Origin: Candidatus Kerfeldbacteria bacterium
Lineage (GTDB): Bacteria; Patescibacteriota; Patescibacteriia; SBBC01
DNA: 49,340 nucleotides
Assembly: GCA_016204585.1 (NCBI GenBank)
Contig: JACQKH010000007.1
Coordinates: 1-49,340, forward strand
Direction of reading: 5' to 3'
Below the pieces are notes generated by a model, which worked only from the letters and a program-made list of their open reading frames with translations, did no database searches and had not been told where the DNA came from. Made by a program: the position numbers and the translations under genes. Shown here in pieces: positions 44,982-49,340 of this stretch; the first letter of the stretch is position 1; each line of letters begins with the position of its first letter.

Positions 44982-47900
44982 TTACCGCGTTGGTATGGTC
45001 AACACCCAGCCCGACTGAATCACATTCGGTTGCCGGACCAAACCGGGAAGCGCCTTGGCATTTTCTTTTACCAGCAACGGATAGAGATTGCCCGCGCCGA
45101 GGTAGCGCTCGGCAATCCGCCAGAGCGAATCCCCGGGCTGCACCGCGTATTTCAGGGTTTTGCCAACCTTTATCGTGGTTCGCTTGGCGTCAGTACCGAC
45201 AGTAAAGGTAATCTTCTGCCGCACGATGCTCGTCCGTCCGACCTCGTCGGTCGCCTGCACGTAGAGGATATGTTTCCCTGACTTGAACTCCTTCAGGGAG
45301 ATGGCCGCGGCAAAGCTCTTGGTTGATTTTGAATCGCCATCGACTTTAATGGTCTTGACCACCTTCCCGTCGACGTACAGGCGGAGCGTCTGTCCGCCCT
45401 TGGCCACGCCCGGCACGGTCAGCACCGGCTCCTGTCCGTCGCTGATGATGAGCGTGGTGACGGTCGGGGAAATCGCTCGGTTCTTCGTGGATTCGGGCGT
45501 GTTGGTGGTAAACGTGTCATCGTCAGTCACCGCCGTTGTCATACCGGTGCTGGTGATTTGGAAGTGGTAGGTCGTGCCGGAATCGAGGCCAGGTACTCGA
45601 AGCTGGTGGGCGGTAACGAGCTTGGTGTTAGATTTAACAATCCCGTAGGTGTCGGTCAGACCTAATCTAGCCTTCGAAGTCGCCGGTTCATTGGTCATCC
45701 AAATGAAAGTCGCCTCCGTTTCTCCGGCCACGACGCGAAGATTGCTGATGACGGTTTGGCCCGCTTCTGGTTGCGTCGTAAACGTGGCATCCGCATCCGA
45801 GTCAGTGGTGCTACCGGTTGATATTACTTCGTAGTGATAGGTAGTGTTCGGTTCGAGGCCGGTGATGGTCAGACTGTGCGAAGTCGCCAAGTTCAAGTCA
45901 GACGCCTCGCTTCCATAGTCAGTCGTTGGGCCGTAGCGCACTTTCGATGTGGCCGGTTCGTTGGTGGTCCAGGTGACGATAACCGAAGTTGAGCTCAAGA
46001 CCGCGACCTGGACGTTAGTGATGACCGTCATCGGCGTGGCCAGGGTAGTGAACGATAGATCAGTCGACACGGCCGCATTGCCAGCTTCATCCGTGCTCAA
46101 GGCCCGGGCGTGGAACTCGGTGTTCGTGGCCAAACCGCTCAAACTCACGCGGTGGCTCGTGGTCAGGCTGGGATCAAGCGTGGTCGTATTTCCATAACTT
46201 ACCGTTGTTCCCCATTCAACCTGCGTGCTGGCTGGTCCATTAGTCGTCCAGGTCAAGGTGGCGCTGTTGGTAGTGGTGGTGGCGACGAAGGACGAGATTA
46301 CCGGCGCCTGGGTATCTTTCAAAATGGTGAATACATCATCGACCTCGTTACTCAAGCCATCGAGGGCAAACGCCCGTACCGAAACGTAATTCGTTCCTTC
46401 TTGCAAGCTGGCAAAGTCCACGGTCCAGTTGATGGAATAACTATCGGTATCGGCCGTAAAAATGTTTGTCCAGTCCTTGAGCAGCGTCCCGGTCTTGCCG
46501 GCGCCGCTGTACACGGCGTACTGCCCATAATCGAGCTGCGGGCCGGCTGCGGCTTTGGCAAAATCGACGTCATAGGTCGTTCCGCTTGCCTTGCGAGGCG
46601 CAGTATCGCCAGTCTGGTTGTCGGAAATCGTCGGCAACGACGTGTTGACGGTGACGCCGTTTGAGGAGGTTGACGAACCGCTATTCCCGGCATTGTCCAC
46701 GGCTCGCGTCGAAACGTAGTAGGTCGTGCCGCTGGTTAACGATAACCCGGTCTTAGTGACACTGGTTGATGCGCCGTTGTCCGTGTACCCGAGAACTTGC
46801 GTTCCGCCCGATGTCGTGCCGATGGCGTACTGATATTTTGCAAGACCTGATGTCGTGTCCGTCGAGGCAGTCCAGTTCGCGGACAACTGGGTCAGGCTGG
46901 TCGAGTACGTGGCATCCGCGCCGGTGCCGTCGTTGACCGTAGCCGGGATGGTCGGATTCGTCGCGTCAAAGTAGTACGGACCGAAATCAGTGCCAGTACC
47001 GGTGGCCACGTCTTCCGTGTTGAACGACTGCAGGTGGAGATACCAGTTGTTACCGTCGACTGAAGCGGTCCGGCTCAAGCTCGTGCCGACGCTGGTACAA
47101 CTGCCGCCCGGACAGTTGGCGTTATTATTGCTCCAGGTGCTTTCCGAGCCGCTGAAGCTTTGGGTGACGCTTTGATTCCAGACGTAACGGTAATACTGCT
47201 GTCCACCAAGGAAGAAACCGTTCTGATCGTCAAACGTGAAGGTGCCGGTGTTGTACCAGGTCGAGGTCGCCCGGGTGCTGGTAACGTTCGGATTGGCCGC
47301 CAGGGTATACTTCGTTTGGCTGGCCGTGGTCGCGGTTTCATCGCTGTTGCCGTTCCGCGCTTTAACCGCGTATGGATTGGAAGTGTTTGGCGAAAGACCA
47401 GATTCGGTCCAGGCAGTCGTCTGAATCCAGCCGGAGTCGGTGGTGAGGTTGGTGTTTTGAAAGAACAGACCGGATGACCCGCTGGTCAGGTTCGACAACG
47501 TGCCGGTGGCCGTGACGGTAATGGAACTGGTGGTCACGTTGCTGAAACTGACGCCGGTCGGCGTTTCAATCGAGCTGTAGGCCGAGGCCGACGAGCTGTC
47601 GGTGTTGCCCTGAGCGTCGGTCACGTTGGCGTGGCGGGTGTATTGGGTGTTGGCCGATAGCCCGGTCTCAGTACAGCTGGTGCTATTCGCGGCCAGGTTG
47701 GTACAGCCGGTGACGTTGGCGTGGCTGGCGTTGTGGACGTCATACCGCGTCTCGGTGGCGGCGTTGTCAGTCCAGTTCCAGCTGACGCTGGTGGTGGTGT
47801 TGGCGGTGTGACCGAAGGCGGTGGGAGCCGGCGGCGGCGTGGTGTAGCTGATCACCAGCTGCGGCTTGTTCGACGACGCGTCCACCGAGCTGATGGCGCC

Positions 47901-48782
47901 GACGTTGGTAACTCTAGCCTGATGACGAATTCCGATGGCAATCAGATCGCTGCCGGTCAGACGGGTTTGAACGTTGGAGTCGGCGGTCGTTCCCAGGTCA
48001 ACGGTTTTCGCGCCGGTCGTGTTCCAGTTGGTGGCCGTGGTGTAATTGGTTCCCGAACCGAGCGTTTCGAAGAGACTGCTTCCCTCGGCGGTACAGGAAA
48101 CCGTATCGGGCGTATCGGTCGTGACCGGGAAGTATTCCACCGTGGCCGTGGTCGTGTCAGAAACGTTAACCGTCAATGAGACATCGGTGATTGTAGCGTT
48201 ATTTGGAATGGACGATAGGTCGAATTTCATAGCCAGTCGATATTCCCGGTCTGTTCCCACGCAACTCGTATCCAAGAAATCGACCTTCAAACTGGTAGCG
48301 GTGGCGCTTTCGCAGGCGTATGAGAACGTGTCGCACGTCGTAGCGTCGTACTCCCCGGTCCGGTCCCAGGTCGGATTCAGCGTAACGCTCGAAGACACGG
48401 CCGCGGCCGGTGTCGGCTTTCCTAGCTCGACCAATCCAAAACCCAGAATTGACAGTTGGATGCCGGCCGCCAGCAATAACAGCGTAGTCGAAATTACGGC
48501 CAACCGGTTTTGCCGAATGAGCGCGCTGTAGGAATCAAGATACTCGCCGTTGCCGTGACGGCGCGCCATTTTCTGAAAACTCTGTTGCGGACTCCAGATG
48601 AGGTGTAGAGGTATGGAAACTATGAAAATAGCGCTGTTGACTAGCGTCCGAGCAATGGCCAATGGAATGAACGTCAAGAACTGGACAAAGCGAGGATAAT
48701 GCCGAAAACCATCCTCCGCTGAATTGAAGGAGTCACCAGTACTTACGAGTTTTTGGCGAAGTGCTACAATCAAATGAACCAT
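44982..48782 (-). CDS. Giant surface protein: N-terminal membrane module, DNRLRE-like domain, multiple fibronectin type III / PAP-N-like domains, C-terminal LysM
   Basis: MKFDLSSIP..ATI..V.L, repeated WTTN.PA.S.V.(Y/W)G...H...GL...T.Y.(Y/F), and LysM YAVQPGDSLWRIAERYLG...LTIP. Confidence 0.88.
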   Translation of the reverse strand: MVHLIVALRQKLVSTGDSFNSAEDGFRHYPRFVQFLTFIPLAIARTLVNSAIFIVSIPLHLIWSPQQSFQKMARRHGNGEYLDSYSALIRQNRLAVISTTLLLLAAGIQLSILGFGLVELGKPTPAAAVSSSVTLNPTWDRTGEYDATTCDTFSYACESATATSLKVDFLDTSCVGTDREYRLAMKFDLSSIPNNATITDVSLTVNVSDTTTATVEYFPVTTDTPDTVSCTAEGSSLFETLGSGTNYTTATNWNTTGAKTVDLGTTADSNVQTRLTGSDLIAIGIRHQARVTNVGAISSVDASSNKPQLVISYTTPPPAPTAFGHTANTTTSVSWNWTDNAATETRYDVHNASHANVTGCTNLAANSTSCTETGLSANTQYTRHANVTDAQGNTDSSSASAYSSIETPTGVSFSNVTTSSITVTATGTLSNLTSGSSGLFFQNTNLTTDSGWIQTTAWTESGLSPNTSNPYAVKARNGNSDETATTASQTKYTLAANPNVTSTRATSTWYNTGTFTFDDQNGFFLGGQQYYRYVWNQSVTQSFSGSESTWSNNNANCPGGSCTSVGTSLSRTASVDGNNWYLHLQSFNTEDVATGTGTDFGPYYFDATNPTIPATVNDGTGADATYSTSLTQLSANWTASTDTTSGLAKYQYAIGTTSGGTQVLGYTDNGASTSVTKTGLSLTSGTTYYVSTRAVDNAGNSGSSTSSNGVTVNTSLPTISDNQTGDTAPRKASGTTYDVDFAKAAAGPQLDYGQYAVYSGAGKTGTLLKDWTNIFTADTDSYSINWTVDFASLQEGTNYVSVRAFALDGLSNEVDDVFTILKDTQAPVISSFVATTTTNSATLTWTTNGPASTQVEWGTTVSYGNTTTLDPSLTTSHRVSLSGLATNTEFHARALSTDEAGNAAVSTDLSFTTLATPMTVITNVQVAVLSSTSVIVTWTTNEPATSKVRYGPTTDYGSEASDLNLATSHSLTITGLEPNTTYHYEVISTGSTTDSDADATFTTQPEAGQTVISNLRVVAGETEATFIWMTNEPATSKARLGLTDTYGIVKSNTKLVTAHQLRVPGLDSGTTYHFQITSTGMTTAVTDDDTFTTNTPESTKNRAISPTVTTLIISDGQEPVLTVPGVAKGGQTLRLYVDGKVVKTIKVDGDSKSTKSFAAAISLKEFKSGKHILYVQATDEVGRTSIVRQKITFTVGTDAKRTTIKVGKTLKYAVQPGDSLWRIAERYLGAGNLYPLLVKENAKALPGLVRQPNVIQSGWVLTIPTR

Positions 48783-48876
48783 AGACTGTCGTTCACTTCG
48801 TTAAGGTTTTTGTATTTATCCTCTTTACAGTATAACCACAGTATAACCTAAAAAATTGGTTTTTTTGACTATCGTA

Positions 48877-48905
48877 ATTATATAACATATAATTTTATTT
48901 GTCAA
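48877..48905 (-). promoter_or_regulatory. Consensus sigma70 promoter of the giant surface protein gene
   Basis: Minus strand TTGACA-17 bp-TATAAT. Confidence 0.75.
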
Positions 48906-48911
48906 TGTTTT

Positions 48912-49151
48912 TTTGACGAAAAACCAATTTTACATGATCTTATTAACGGGGGGTTTTTCGTGATTGAGACCTCAGATTTGGCCTTCACATTCTTTCATGA
49001 AAACTCTGATTTAGAAAAAGACGTGTTGCCTGCTGTTGCAAGACATGGGCATCTTAGAATGTATCCACATGAAGGTTATTGGAATACAATCAATACTCAA
49101 AAGGATTTATTGGAACTTAGACAAGAGTGGGAAAAAGAGGGATTAATTTGA
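48912..49151 (+). pseudogene. 5'-truncated sugar-phosphate nucleotidyltransferase (RfbF-like C-terminal fragment)
   Basis: Frame reads FDEKPILHDLINGGFFVIE...LEKDVLP...YPHEGYWNTINTQKDL. There is no N-terminal GGxGTR region upstream. Confidence 0.7.
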
Positions 49152-49340
49152 TAGCATTAGTGACCGGGGCAAGAGGGTTTACTGGACGACACTTATCTGA
49201 ATATCTTCGACAATATGGGCATACAGTTGTTGCGCTAGTTAGAGACTGTGATTATCGAGAGGTTGCATCGCCTACTGAACAATCAAAAACAATCTATGTT
49301 CGAGGTGATCTAACTAATCTAGATTTGTTATATAGAACTC
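49148..49340 (+). CDS. NAD-dependent nucleotide-sugar epimerase/dehydratase (partial, runs off the window)
   Basis: TTG start overlaps the previous TGA. Reads IALVTGARGFTGRHL...VVALVRD...RGDLTN. Confidence 0.8.
   Translation, partial: MIALVTGARGFTGRHLSEYLRQYGHTVVALVRDCDYREVASPTEQSKTIYVRGDLTNLDLLYRT

Overview
This 49.3-kb window is mostly GC-rich chromosome, most likely from a Patescibacteria/CPR (Parcubacteria-like) bacterium using the standard code 11. The taxonomy is inferred from gene content and style, not from a search. Housekeeping and typical CPR genes include typA, murC-like, pilT, HU, ymdB-rny, clpP, nrnA-rbfA-infB, bactofilin, ferredoxin, cyclophilin, VIT1 and DedA. There are several giant secreted proteins and a WxL/DUF916-like cell-surface cluster with a five-repeat adhesin-like protein. 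Both window ends are AT-rich, foreign-looking fragments. The most unusual signals are non-coding. (1) Both tRNA genes (Arg-TCG and Lys-CTT) are intact tRNAs held on long inverted-repeat stems, nested inside a second 'ghost' tRNA gene that is broken up by short palindromic insertions. (2) A family of short MITE/REP-like palindromes nests into itself, into tRNAs and into gene ends across the window. (3) A ~550-nt hairpin-dense, ORF-poor region has its own sigma70-like promoter and is a candidate large ncRNA. (4) An 856-bp cassette is flanked by a 30-bp duplication of the typA 3' end. (5) An in-frame TAA splits infB. All family names come from recalled motifs and need HMM or covariance-model confirmation.
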